Shown: positions 34,535-43,900 of the stretch, one piece after another | Numbering within the stretch: position 1 is the first letter of the stretch | Layout: the number at the start of each line of letters is the position of its first letter | Virus record (IMG/VR): IMGVR_UViG_3300000527_000001 | Direction: 5' to 3' (one strand) | DNA length: 64,000 nt | Origin: a virus | Program-made: the position numbers and the translations under genes | Notes under the pieces: generated by a model | The model's input: the letters and a program-made list of their open reading frames with translations, nothing else | The model's database searches: none | What the model was told of the DNA's origin: nothing

Positions 34535-36973
34535 ATGTTAACAGTGGTAGAACGAGCCATTCTTCAACTTAGCGAATCCTGTGATGGGGCTTTAGAACGG
34601 GATGGCCAAGGATGGAACAAATTCGATGCACCGATTGGCCATTCGTTAGCCCAATGGATAACCTCGGGAAAGCCGCTAACTATTAAGCAAAAGAAGCTAA
34701 TAGCAAAAATGCTTCCTAAATATAAAAAGCAGTTCCACAACTGGGATCAAATCCAGGCCGCTTTACCCACCTGGATTAACGAAGCCAACACTGAGTCTAT
34801 CCAAAAAACGCTTAAAACTCAAGGGGAAATGCCAGTGAAGCTTCCTAAATTGGACTTTGATGAAGGATACTTCTTTATTAAAACTAGCTACGATGACAAC
34901 TGGATACCTAAGTCTATTCCACGTAGAAGATGGATAGCAGAAAAGAAAATCTGGAGATTCTTAAATACCGATGAGGTTAAGGAAAAAATTCTAGAACTGC
35001 TAGATAACTTCAAAACGGTTACTGAAGCAGCTAGAATCGAACTCGAGACTTATATAAAAGAAAAGGAACATCAAGAACAGGCCAAAAAGGAAGCTCACCG
35101 TATTAAGAACGAGGACAATGTAGGGTTGAATATACCCTTAAAAACAAAGCTTTATGATCATCAGAAAAAGGCTGCTAAAGTAGGAATTACACTTGATAGC
35201 TCCGCATTGCTGATGGAGCAAGGTACAGGAAAAACATTAGCCGCTATAGCGGTAGCCACATACCGGTACTTGAAAGGCCAAATCAAACGAATACTAATTA
35301 TAGCCCCAAAATCTGTGCTCCCTGAATGGGAACGCCAATTCGCGGAGCACACTTATATCGAGCATAACGTAGTAGCTCTATACGGCAAACGGGAGAAAAA
35401 GGAACGTATCTTACAGGAATGGGAAGACACAGATGGACTTCAAGGGTTGATTATAAATTACGAGTCTGTTTGGAGATTAGAAGATGAACTTAAAAAATGG
35501 AAGCCGGATATGATTATCTGTGACGAGTCTCAAAAGATTAAGAACGCTAGGGCTAAACAGTCCAAATCGATTATCCGGCTCGGTAAACTGGCTAAATATC
35601 GAATGATCCTAACCGGTACACCGGTCACACAAAATCCATTGGATATATTTAGCCAATACCTATTCCTTGACCCTTCCATTTTCGGAACTAGTTTTACGGC
35701 CTTCAGAGACCGATACGCAGTAATGGGAGGATTCAATAACTATCAAATAATAAAATTTAAGAATCTAGAGGAACTAGCTGAAAAAGCCCACAGCATAGCC
35801 TATCGAGTTACCAAAGAGGAAGCCCTTGATTTACCGGATGTGATTCATCAAAATGTATACGCGGAGCTCGAACCTAAGGCGATGAAACTGTACAAGGAAA
35901 TGGCAGAACAATCCTTAATTAAGATTGGTGAGGAAAAGGTTACGGCTCCGATAGTACTTACTCAGCTAATGAAGCTCCAGCAAATTTCCGGGGGCTTTAT
36001 TAAAACGGAAGATGAAAGAGTTATTCAGGTGAGTAAGGCTAAGCTGGAAGTTTTACAGGAACTAGTCGAGGATTTGGTAAATGAGCAAGGCAAGAAAATA
36101 GTTATATTCGCTCGGTTTATCCAAGAAATTAAAGCAATTTCAGAAATGCTAAATAAGCTAAATATAAAGCACCACGTTCTCACAGGCCAAACCAAAAATC
36201 GTGGTGATCTGATTAAAGATTTTCAAAACAATCATGAAACTAAGGTATTTGTTATCAACCCGAAAGCCGGCGGTACAGGGATCACTCTTACTGCCGCCGA
36301 TACCGCTATATTTTACTCGAAGGACTATAGCCTGGAAGCCTACCTTCAAGCTATGGCTCGAATCCACCGGATCGGCCAAACTAGGAAGGTAACTTATATA
36401 CACATTCTAGCAAAGGGCACTGTGGATGAAGCAGTTACTAACAGACTTAATAAGAAACAGGATCTAGCCACAATGGTAGTGGATGATTTAAAAAATCTTT
36501 TTGGGGAGGTAGAAGGTATGAGCAAAGCACTAACTGAAAAACTTGAAGCCTTAAAGGAGACCATTGAAAGGGGTGAAAAAATCACAGAAAAGGCATTGAA
36601 GGAGTTACAACAATGGGAAGATGAGGAGGAAGCTAAATTCGACGAGCTGGACGAACAGGTTGAAACTGAGAAAAAGGCCAAGGAGGAAAAATCCAAAAAG
36701 TCAAAAGCTAAGAAAGGAGAAGGAGCTATGGAAAATAAAGAAAAAGTAACTAAAGAGGTTGATAACGAGAAGACTGTTAAACTGGCAGACCTTGCTGAGG
36801 AGCTGGGAATCGAACCTGCTGTATTACGCCGTAAGCTCCGCGAAAACAAAGTTGCTAAGCCTGGGGCTCGCTGGGAATGGCCAAAAGACCATCCGGACCT
36901 TGCAATGATTAAGGAGCTTGCAACCGAAAAAAAGCCAAAGGCCAAAACTGAGGAAGAAGCTAGCGAGGAATAA
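34535..36973 (+). CDS. SNF2-family helicase with N-terminal extension and C-terminal HTH
   Basis: EQGTGKT, ICDESQ, LTGTP, GGTGITLTAA, QAMARIHRIGQ. Confidence 0.92.
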   Translation: MLTVVERAILQLSESCDGALERDGQGWNKFDAPIGHSLAQWITSGKPLTIKQKKLIAKMLPKYKKQFHNWDQIQAALPTWINEANTESIQKTLKTQGEMPVKLPKLDFDEGYFFIKTSYDDNWIPKSIPRRRWIAEKKIWRFLNTDEVKEKILELLDNFKTVTEAARIELETYIKEKEHQEQAKKEAHRIKNEDNVGLNIPLKTKLYDHQKKAAKVGITLDSSALLMEQGTGKTLAAIAVATYRYLKGQIKRILIIAPKSVLPEWERQFAEHTYIEHNVVALYGKREKKERILQEWEDTDGLQGLIINYESVWRLEDELKKWKPDMIICDESQKIKNARAKQSKSIIRLGKLAKYRMILTGTPVTQNPLDIFSQYLFLDPSIFGTSFTAFRDRYAVMGGFNNYQIIKFKNLEELAEKAHSIAYRVTKEEALDLPDVIHQNVYAELEPKAMKLYKEMAEQSLIKIGEEKVTAPIVLTQLMKLQQISGGFIKTEDERVIQVSKAKLEVLQELVEDLVNEQGKKIVIFARFIQEIKAISEMLNKLNIKHHVLTGQTKNRGDLIKDFQNNHETKVFVINPKAGGTGITLTAADTAIFYSKDYSLEAYLQAMARIHRIGQTRKVTYIHILAKGTVDEAVTNRLNKKQDLATMVVDDLKNLFGEVEGMSKALTEKLEALKETIERGEKITEKALKELQQWEDEEEAKFDELDEQVETEKKAKEEKSKKSKAKKGEGAMENKEKVTKEVDNEKTVKLADLAEELGIEPAVLRRKLRENKVAKPGARWEWPKDHPDLAMIKELATEKKPKAKTEEEASEE

Positions 36974-36980
36974 TACGGAT

Positions 36981-37011
36981 CGGGGGGTTAACCAACTCCC
37001 CCTTAATTTTT
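36981..37011 (+). terminator. Intrinsic terminator
   Basis: GGGGGGTT-AACC-AACTCCCC plus T-rich tail. Confidence 0.7.
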
Positions 37012-37031
37012 GTGAATTTTTCTAAAACCCA

Positions 37032-37105
37032 TTTACAAGTTAATGAGTTTTGTGTATAATAAAACTGTAAAAATTAATTAAACAAAAACCCAGAGGGAGA
37101 GGATT
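37032..37105 (+). promoter_or_regulatory. Early promoter cassette 4
   Basis: TTTACA-17-TATAAT-AAAACTGTAAAAATTAATTAAACAAAAACCCAGAGGGAG, near-identical to cassette 2. Confidence 0.88.
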
Positions 37106-37108
37106 AGG

Positions 37109-37507
37109 ATGGAACAAATCAAAACTATTAAGGAGTTAGCTGCTGAACTTAAAACCACACCAAAAGCACTGAGAAAATGGTTACGCGACCACAATATTAA
37201 TAAACCAGGCAAACGTTGGGAATGGACCGAAGGCCACGAGGATTTAGAAAAAATTAAACAGCTCCGCAACGAATTCAAACGGGGCCGCAAAAAATCCGTA
37301 AAGGATAGGGAAGAGGTTAAGGAGCCGTACATCGCGGAGCAAGTCGGAGCCTGGAGTATTTGGAAAGATCCTAAGAACGGGACGGTCCAAGCAGTATACC
37401 AGGGCCCCAAATCCACGGATAAAACGCCATGGTACTCCGATACTACTAACATTCGCAAATCTTTACCGAAAAAGGTACAAGAAGCAATAGCTAAGCACCT
37501 TCAATAA
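37109..37507 (+). CDS. HTH protein (KP..W.W type)
   Basis: IKELAAELKTTPKALRKWLRDHNINKPGKRWEW. Confidence 0.8.
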   Translation: MEQIKTIKELAAELKTTPKALRKWLRDHNINKPGKRWEWTEGHEDLEKIKQLRNEFKRGRKKSVKDREEVKEPYIAEQVGAWSIWKDPKNGTVQAVYQGPKSTDKTPWYSDTTNIRKSLPKKVQEAIAKHLQ

Positions 37508-37661
37508 AGACTGGAGGTGCTCTTTTTATTTGTGTATTTTTGGCTAAAGATCTATCAGCGGTATATATTGCTCTTGATAATTGTAACTTAAAGAGGATCA
37601 AAGGTTAACTTATCATCCTCCTTTTTAACTCATTTTTTGTGAAATTTTTCTAGAAATTCCG

Positions 37662-37720
37662 TTTACAAATTAAAGAATTTTGGTTATAATAAAATTGTAA
37701 AAATTAATTAATTAAACCAA
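37662..37720 (+). promoter_or_regulatory. Early promoter cassette 5
   Basis: TTTACA-17-TATAAT-AAAATTGTAAAAATTAATTAA. Confidence 0.88.
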
Positions 37721-37761
37721 ATTTAAAAAGTACAAGGATAAAATGAAAGGAGATTACGAAA

Positions 37762-38079
37762 ATGAAGATCGTAAACTTGACCCCACATCCTATCTCAATT
37801 ACGAACGGCCCGACATTCTCTCCGTCTGGTAAAGTTGCACGGGTATCTGTACAACAAGTAGATGACGGGAATATAAACGGTATCCCCGTCAAAAAACAAA
37901 CATTTGGGGAGATCGTAGATCTGCCGCCATCGGCACCGGATACAGTGTATATCGTATCATCTCTTGTCTTATCCGCCGCAAAGGCGGCAGGCAGAACGGA
38001 TTGCGTAGCTCCTGATACAGCGAACGCAGTCCGAGACGATAACGGGCACATCGTATCCGTGCCCGGCTTCGTCCGGTAG
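37762..38079 (+). CDS. NLTPH-motif protein (candidate anti-defence / ring-nuclease-like)
   Basis: MKIVNLTPH, YIVS and PD....RD..G.I motifs; own promoter and RBS AAGGAG; function inferred only. Confidence 0.6.
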   Translation: MKIVNLTPHPISITNGPTFSPSGKVARVSVQQVDDGNINGIPVKKQTFGEIVDLPPSAPDTVYIVSSLVLSAAKAAGRTDCVAPDTANAVRDDNGHIVSVPGFVR

Positions 38080-38356
38080 CCTCACGGCATGGCCTTCATG
38101 CCATGCCCGGGGGGGGGTATCATCAAAAATGGTATCTTCCGGATGTGGCATGACGCCAAAAAATATTAAAAAAGGAGAGAAACTATTTATCTGGTTGAAA
38201 AAGTCGCTTTTATCGACGGTTATTGGGGATATGCATTCACCCTGGTAAAAGCCTTTACGACGAAAGAGGCTGCAGAACAATATCTTTCGTAGTTGGGCGA
38301 TAATTGGAGAGCAAAAGAGGGGAGATAATCGAAGTAAAATTGGAGGGTGATGCTAC

Positions 38357-38683
38357 ATGAAAATTTACCGCGTTCGGACTTTTTCGGAGTCCGAACAGCG
38401 GATAGAAGCTTTGATAAACCTGCCAGGATGGCGCAACTCAAACATAGGCTTTTGGACAACCAAATTAGATTGCGCCATCCGGCTTTGGAAGGATCGCAAC
38501 GAAGCCTGCTATCTTTACGGGGGTGGCGGCAAAACTTGGGCAGGAATAGTTGAAACTAATATTATAAACGTCGTCACCGCTGATCCATCTACATACAAAA
38601 CAAGTCACGATGACCGCTACGACGAGGGTGAAATATTCATTGTGGCGGTCAAGGACGAAACAAAAATAAAAAGAATACAATGA
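38357..38683 (+). CDS. Hypothetical protein
   Basis: RBS GGAGGG; ends at the bidirectional terminator. Confidence 0.7.
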   Translation: MKIYRVRTFSESEQRIEALINLPGWRNSNIGFWTTKLDCAIRLWKDRNEACYLYGGGGKTWAGIVETNIINVVTADPSTYKTSHDDRYDEGEIFIVAVKDETKIKRIQ

Positions 38684-38708
38684 GGGGCATTTCGCCCCTC
38701 TTTTTTAT
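38682..38708. terminator. Terminator between converging early and lysis transcripts
   Basis: GAGGGGC-ATTTC-GCCCCTC plus T6. Confidence 0.8.
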
Positions 38709-39793
38709 TCTACATCTTTTTTGTAGACCCAGGACATGATTTCTTTTAGCAGTATGCGGTCACTTTTGACCTGCTGAATTGTGTATGTCCGCCCTTTAAC
38801 CCATTCCGGGATGGATTGGCCGGTCGCGTATTTTTGGGCGGATTTCTTCACTTTCACTTTGCTACCAACCTTAAAATCTTGCGTTGGTTTGACAGTAAAT
38901 CCGCCGGAATAACCTTCGATGTCCGTTATTTTGACCCAACTTACGATTTCTTTTAAGAGAACGCGGTCACTTTTGACTTGCTGGATGGTATATGTTTTCC
39001 CTTTGACCCAATTAGGGATATTTTGGCCAGTGGCATACTTTTGGGCAGATTGTTTGATTTTGACTTTTTGGCCGACCGCAAGGCCTTTTTCAGTAGGTTT
39101 TGGCTGCTCTTTTTCCTTTGGTTGTCCTTGCTTTGGTTGATCGACTTTGCCCTTAACCTTCAATTTGTCACCGGGCCGGATAAGATCAGATTTTAGACCA
39201 TTCAATGTTTTCAATTCATCGACGGTCATTCCGTATTTTTGCGATATGCCCCAAAGGGTGTCGCCGGCTTTGACGGTGTATACCTTGGAATCCTCCTCTT
39301 TTGGTTCGCCCTTCAACTCTTTTTCAATCGCCTTCAAAAACTCGTTCCAGCGACCTTCCGACAAGATGCGGTGCGGACAATTCTTTCCAGACCAATCCTG
39401 ATGTTTTTTCACCCGATCTATCCCCCAGCCACGCTCTTTCAGGAGTTGGGCAATCAATTGGATAGCGTTTTGCTCGGCTTTTTTGTAACGTTCTCCGCCT
39501 GATTTTGAGTAGCAAATTTCTACCGCAATAGACTTCCTGTTTCCAGTGCCATTACCTCCATCTCCTGCATGCCAAGCGTTGCGATCAAGTGGAATACCTT
39601 GTACGGCTTCTTTATCGTCAACCGCAAAATGAAAAGAGATTGCGTTATTATTTCGAATCATATACGCAATCTCATTTTCAGCCGAAGCGTCATTTGCCGT
39701 GTTATGCACCGTGATATATTCAGGGTCCATCTTGTATGGACACTTGATATCGTACTTGTTCGCTGGGACAAGATTTTTTACGATTTTAACCAT
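38705..39793 (-). CDS. Endolysin: N-acetylmuramoyl-L-alanine amidase (XlyA/CwlA-like) with LysM and two repeated SH3-like domains
   Basis: [52 protein letters not shown]; duplicated [21 protein letters not shown]. Confidence 0.93.
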   Translation of the reverse strand: MVKIVKNLVPANKYDIKCPYKMDPEYITVHNTANDASAENEIAYMIRNNNAISFHFAVDDKEAVQGIPLDRNAWHAGDGGNGTGNRKSIAVEICYSKSGGERYKKAEQNAIQLIAQLLKERGWGIDRVKKHQDWSGKNCPHRILSEGRWNEFLKAIEKELKGEPKEEDSKVYTVKAGDTLWGISQKYGMTVDELKTLNGLKSDLIRPGDKLKVKGKVDQPKQGQPKEKEQPKPTEKGLAVGQKVKIKQSAQKYATGQNIPNWVKGKTYTIQQVKSDRVLLKEIVSWVKITDIEGYSGGFTVKPTQDFKVGSKVKVKKSAQKYATGQSIPEWVKGRTYTIQQVKSDRILLKEIMSWVYKKDVE

Positions 39794-39839
39794 TATTCAT
39801 CATTCCTTTCCAAAATAAAAAGGGCCGCGGATGCAGCCC

Positions 39840-40067
39840 TTATTTTTTCATGATTTTCGACTGGTCAAAAAGCCCAGCGGCCGATAACCCGATTACCACG
39901 CCATAAAAGACCTTTTCTTTCAATTCCCCGTCCAGATAAATAATCCCAGCAACCAAACCGAACACCAGGGATACCAGCGGCAAGAATTTCGCCGGTACGA
40001 CAGCAATTCTCTTCACCAGTTCCACCAAAGCCACCACAACTGCGATGATCAGCGCAATATCAAACAT
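39840..40067 (-). CDS. Holin-like membrane protein
   Basis: Three hydrophobic segments, GLSAAGLFD; upstream of endolysin. Confidence 0.8.
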   Translation of the reverse strand: MFDIALIIAVVVALVELVKRIAVVPAKFLPLVSLVFGLVAGIIYLDGELKEKVFYGVVIGLSAAGLFDQSKIMKK

Positions 40068-40107
40068 TTTACCATCTCCTTTTTGGATTTAAAAAATTAA
40101 AGAACGT

Positions 40108-40326
40108 TTACTGCAGCGGCAATCGTTCTTCGATGTCTCCAAGTTTGTTTATGATGATGTCGTATTTCTCGGAAAAGCCCTTCAAAATTTCGTTTTGATC
40201 TTCAATAGTTTGGTACAACTTGTCCTCTCGCTCTTTCCCCTCCTTTCTCGTCGTATACAAAAGCCAAACAAAAAGGACCGCGAACGGCCCCTGCGTGATG
40301 AAATACTGAATCAAATTTCCTTCCAT
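40108..40326 (-). CDS. BhlA/UviB-family holin
   Basis: TQGPFAVLFVWLL....KERE.KL motif. Confidence 0.88.
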   Translation of the reverse strand: MEGNLIQYFITQGPFAVLFVWLLYTTRKEGKEREDKLYQTIEDQNEILKGFSEKYDIIINKLGDIEERLPLQ

Positions 40327-40363
40327 ATCCTACACCTCTGCTGCTATGTAAAAGCCCCGCCGA

Positions 40364-40579
40364 TCACTCGACAGGGGTTTCTTGCAGTCTTTCAACGATT
40401 TTGGTTTTAACAACATTTTGAAGTTCCTCGACATCTAAATTAAATTCACTGGAATCTAGTGGTATATAGCCATTTAAATTGATTGATCGATCTTCATTTG
40501 TTCCAGAAAAATACACTTGCAAACCAGATACTTGTCCATCTTGGTAGCGAATATTAACGTTAGTGATCTGTACGTTCAT
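40364..40579 (-). CDS. Hypothetical protein
   Basis: Translationally coupled (TAATG) to upstream gene; RBS GGGGAG. Confidence 0.7.
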   Translation of the reverse strand: MNVQITNVNIRYQDGQVSGLQVYFSGTNEDRSINLNGYIPLDSSEFNLDVEELQNVVKTKIVERLQETPVE

Positions 40580-40995
40580 TATTCATTCTCCCCTTCCTCA
40601 AACTTTTCACAAATATAGTCATAGATCATCGCTTCTTGCCCGCTAAACTCACGGTCGCAATTGAAAAGGATTTCTTTGACCGTTTTAAGCATTTCTTGTG
40701 CATCTCCACCCTCGATGACAATTTCTTCTTCGTCTAGTTCTTTTTTGTCTTTTAAATATGCGCCAATATCCTTCACATCGTAGGTATTATCTTCTTTTAT
40801 TTTTGGCTCTCCATTTTCATCAAGGTGACAATGTTCTTTTAGCAGTTGCTTGATGTCCTCCCGATATTCTTCATGTCGTTCGTGTAATAGTTTAATAAAC
40901 TTCGTGCGATGTCGGCTTTGCTTACCACGGAGCGGTAAATCGTAAAGTAAATTGATAATCGGCGCAAGTTTTGCTTTTTCAATTTTTATAATCAT
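40579..40995 (-). CDS. DUF1617-like hypothetical protein downstream of tail fibre
   Basis: L.L.GKQSRHRTKF and DENGEP motifs; position. Confidence 0.65.
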   Translation of the reverse strand: MIIKIEKAKLAPIINLLYDLPLRGKQSRHRTKFIKLLHERHEEYREDIKQLLKEHCHLDENGEPKIKEDNTYDVKDIGAYLKDKKELDEEEIVIEGGDAQEMLKTVKEILFNCDREFSGQEAMIYDYICEKFEEGENE

Positions 40996-43900
40996 GGACC
41001 ATCGCCTCCAACTGCTGAATTTTTTGTTTCAAGTATTGATTCTCAATCTCAAGCCATGCAATGCGATCTTTCAAAGATTGTTGTTCGTTGTCGAGCTCCT
41101 GAATCGCCTTCCACGACCACGCATTCATGAGATATTGCTCGACGCCATCGCCATCCACGACTCCGTCCGGCGTATTGTAGCCTTCACCGATGACCAACCC
41201 CTGGCGTTTGCGATAGATTCCTTGCTCGAGTTCAGATTTCAAATAGTATTCATAGATGGTCGTATTGCGGATTTTTTCTAGCGCCGACTCCTGCCATGGA
41301 TGAATGTCTTCTTTGAACTCTGCTAGTGAGCCGGTTGGGAAGGATGATGCGCGGACGGGAATATACGTTGTTGATTTATATTTTGTGACCCTGTACTCAT
41401 TTCCGGTTGTTTGTAAATAACCAACATTCGCGCCAGTGTCTGTGAAAAGCCGTCCCTTTGCACCGCTAAACTCAATATCCGAAGAAACATATAGGCCAGC
41501 ATTTATTGAAACTGTCCCGGAAGAAAAGGTCATACGAGTGGCAACACCGGTTTCAACGAAATTTAAAGCGCTGTTGTTGACTTCAATGTGCCATTGTTTA
41601 TTATTGTTATCTGTTTCAGTCATCAGAATATGTCGATTGTCCGAATAGATAAGTACGCCTTCATTTGTGATCACTAAATCATCCGTATACAGCCAACCTG
41701 TCGCTTCAATCATACCTGTACAATACAAATTAGCTTTCACAAATAGATCTCCGTTGCCATTGTTTATCATTATGTTAAAAGCTTCAGATGAACCATCTAT
41801 ATTTTCGTTGTTCACAGAAATGCCGCCAGGAGCAATCGAAATGAAATCAACGCTTCCATCGCTGTGTTTCGCGTAATTAAAAAGTCCGTAGTTATGCAAA
41901 AGCAATTCATATTGTGGCTCATCAGTAGCATTTCCTTGCAGATGTATTGCGCCTGCTTCGAGTGAGAGTCTTTCGACATTCGGATTATTTATGTCGGTCG
42001 TAATGATGACCGGAGAGTTGTTCGGGTCATTTCTGATATAGACATTACCACCACCATATATTCCACCACCCTGCGCCGAAAACGAACCACTTACACCTTC
42101 AATAGTACTACCATAAATATTAACGCCACGGATGGTTCCGGCCGTTACCGTTCCAAGATTCGCACTAATCGCATCAAGCGACGTCACATTCAGCTTGTCC
42201 GCAGTAATGGATTTGGCCGCTATTTTATTAGCCGTAATCGAGCCATCGACGATTAATTCTCCGGCCGCCATACGGTGAACACGAATATTGTCGATATAGG
42301 CTTTATTTGTCGTTTCACCGTTATTGTAGAAGCTAATCCATATTTGCAGATAACCCGTACCTGAAGGAACGGTATACGTTCCACTTTTCTTTGTGAATGA
42401 TGTTACCTTTGTTCCGTCCCATCTAACGACTGAATGCCATGAATTTAATGCCGTTTTCTTGTCATCATAGCGGCGGAATCCGATCTGTAGATAGCCGGTT
42501 CCAGCCGTGTTCAAATAGCGAGCTTCCGCTTCAATGAAAAACTGCTGGCCGGGCCTAACGGGGAATATGTTCGAAGCGTACACATCGCTGTTCCCACCAT
42601 TCCGAGCATCAATTTCAAGCGCACGATTCGATCCGTTTCCGTATTGGAATCCCGAAATATCGGCGACCCTTGCCAAAGATGTTTGCACATAGCCTTTTGG
42701 ACTGCTTCCTACCGCATCACCTTCAAAATCAGGATTTTCGCAAAGATTCGTAAAATCACCAATGAGCATCTTTTCGGACGTAATCGAACCTGCCGCAATC
42801 CGATCCGCACTAATATACCCACTTGTGATCTTTGAAGCATCTAAACTGGAAATCTTAGCATTGGTGATGGCGGCATTGGCAATCTTCGCCGTAGTAATGG
42901 CCGCATCTTGAATTTGCGCCGTGCCCACCGCAAGATTTGCAATTTTTGCTTGCGTAATCGCAGCATTTGCGATCTCAGCCGTACCGATCGAACCATCAAT
43001 AATGTGCGCAGCTCCGATCTGCGCGGTGCCAATTTTGGCTGACGTGATCGCACCATCAGCAATTTGTGCTGTCCCGATTGCCGCATTTTGAACCTTCGCT
43101 GACGTGATCGCACCGTCTTGGATGAGTGCGGTTGTGATGGATGCCGTTTTGATCTTTGCCGTATCGATGGCAGCATTCGCCACTTTCGCATTCGTTACGG
43201 ACCCATCCTGTAGTTCATCCGTTCCCACGGCTCCGCTTGCGATTTTAGGATTCGTGATGGCTCCATCTGTAATCCCTTCGGACCTAACGCCGTTTTCATC
43301 CATCAAAATCGTTTGCCCGTCAGCACCACGAACCCGGAAACCGAACACCGAGCCGTCTCCGTTAACATCACCTAAGGAAACCCGTTCGACCGGTGTCGCT
43401 TGATTGTCGAAAACTTGGATACGGTTCCCGGTGATTTTAAGTTTGCTATTCGGACCCGAGAGTGTAACTAAACCGGTGTTGATCGTGCCCGCATTGATTT
43501 TGTTTGCCGAAATATTGGCGATCTTCGCATCCGTAATCGAAGCATCGGCGATATGTGCTTCTCCGATGGCTGCTTGTTGAATTTTTGCGCTAGTGATGGC
43601 GCCGTCTTGAATTAAACCGGTTGTTATAGATGCGGTTTGTATCTTTGAGGAATCAATAGCGGCCGTCGCAATGTGCGCATTTTGAATTTGGGCATTTCCG
43701 ATTTTGGCACTGGTAATGGCTGCGTTTGCGATTTTCGCAGTAGTAATGGCCGCGTCTTGGATCTGTGCGGTACCAACTGCGAGGTTTGCAATCTTTGCGT
43801 TTGTGATCGAAGCATCCGCGATCTTTGCGGTCGTGATTGCCGCGTTTTCAATCATCGCGCTGGTAACTTTCAGATTATCAATGCGCGCGTTGACTGCTTC

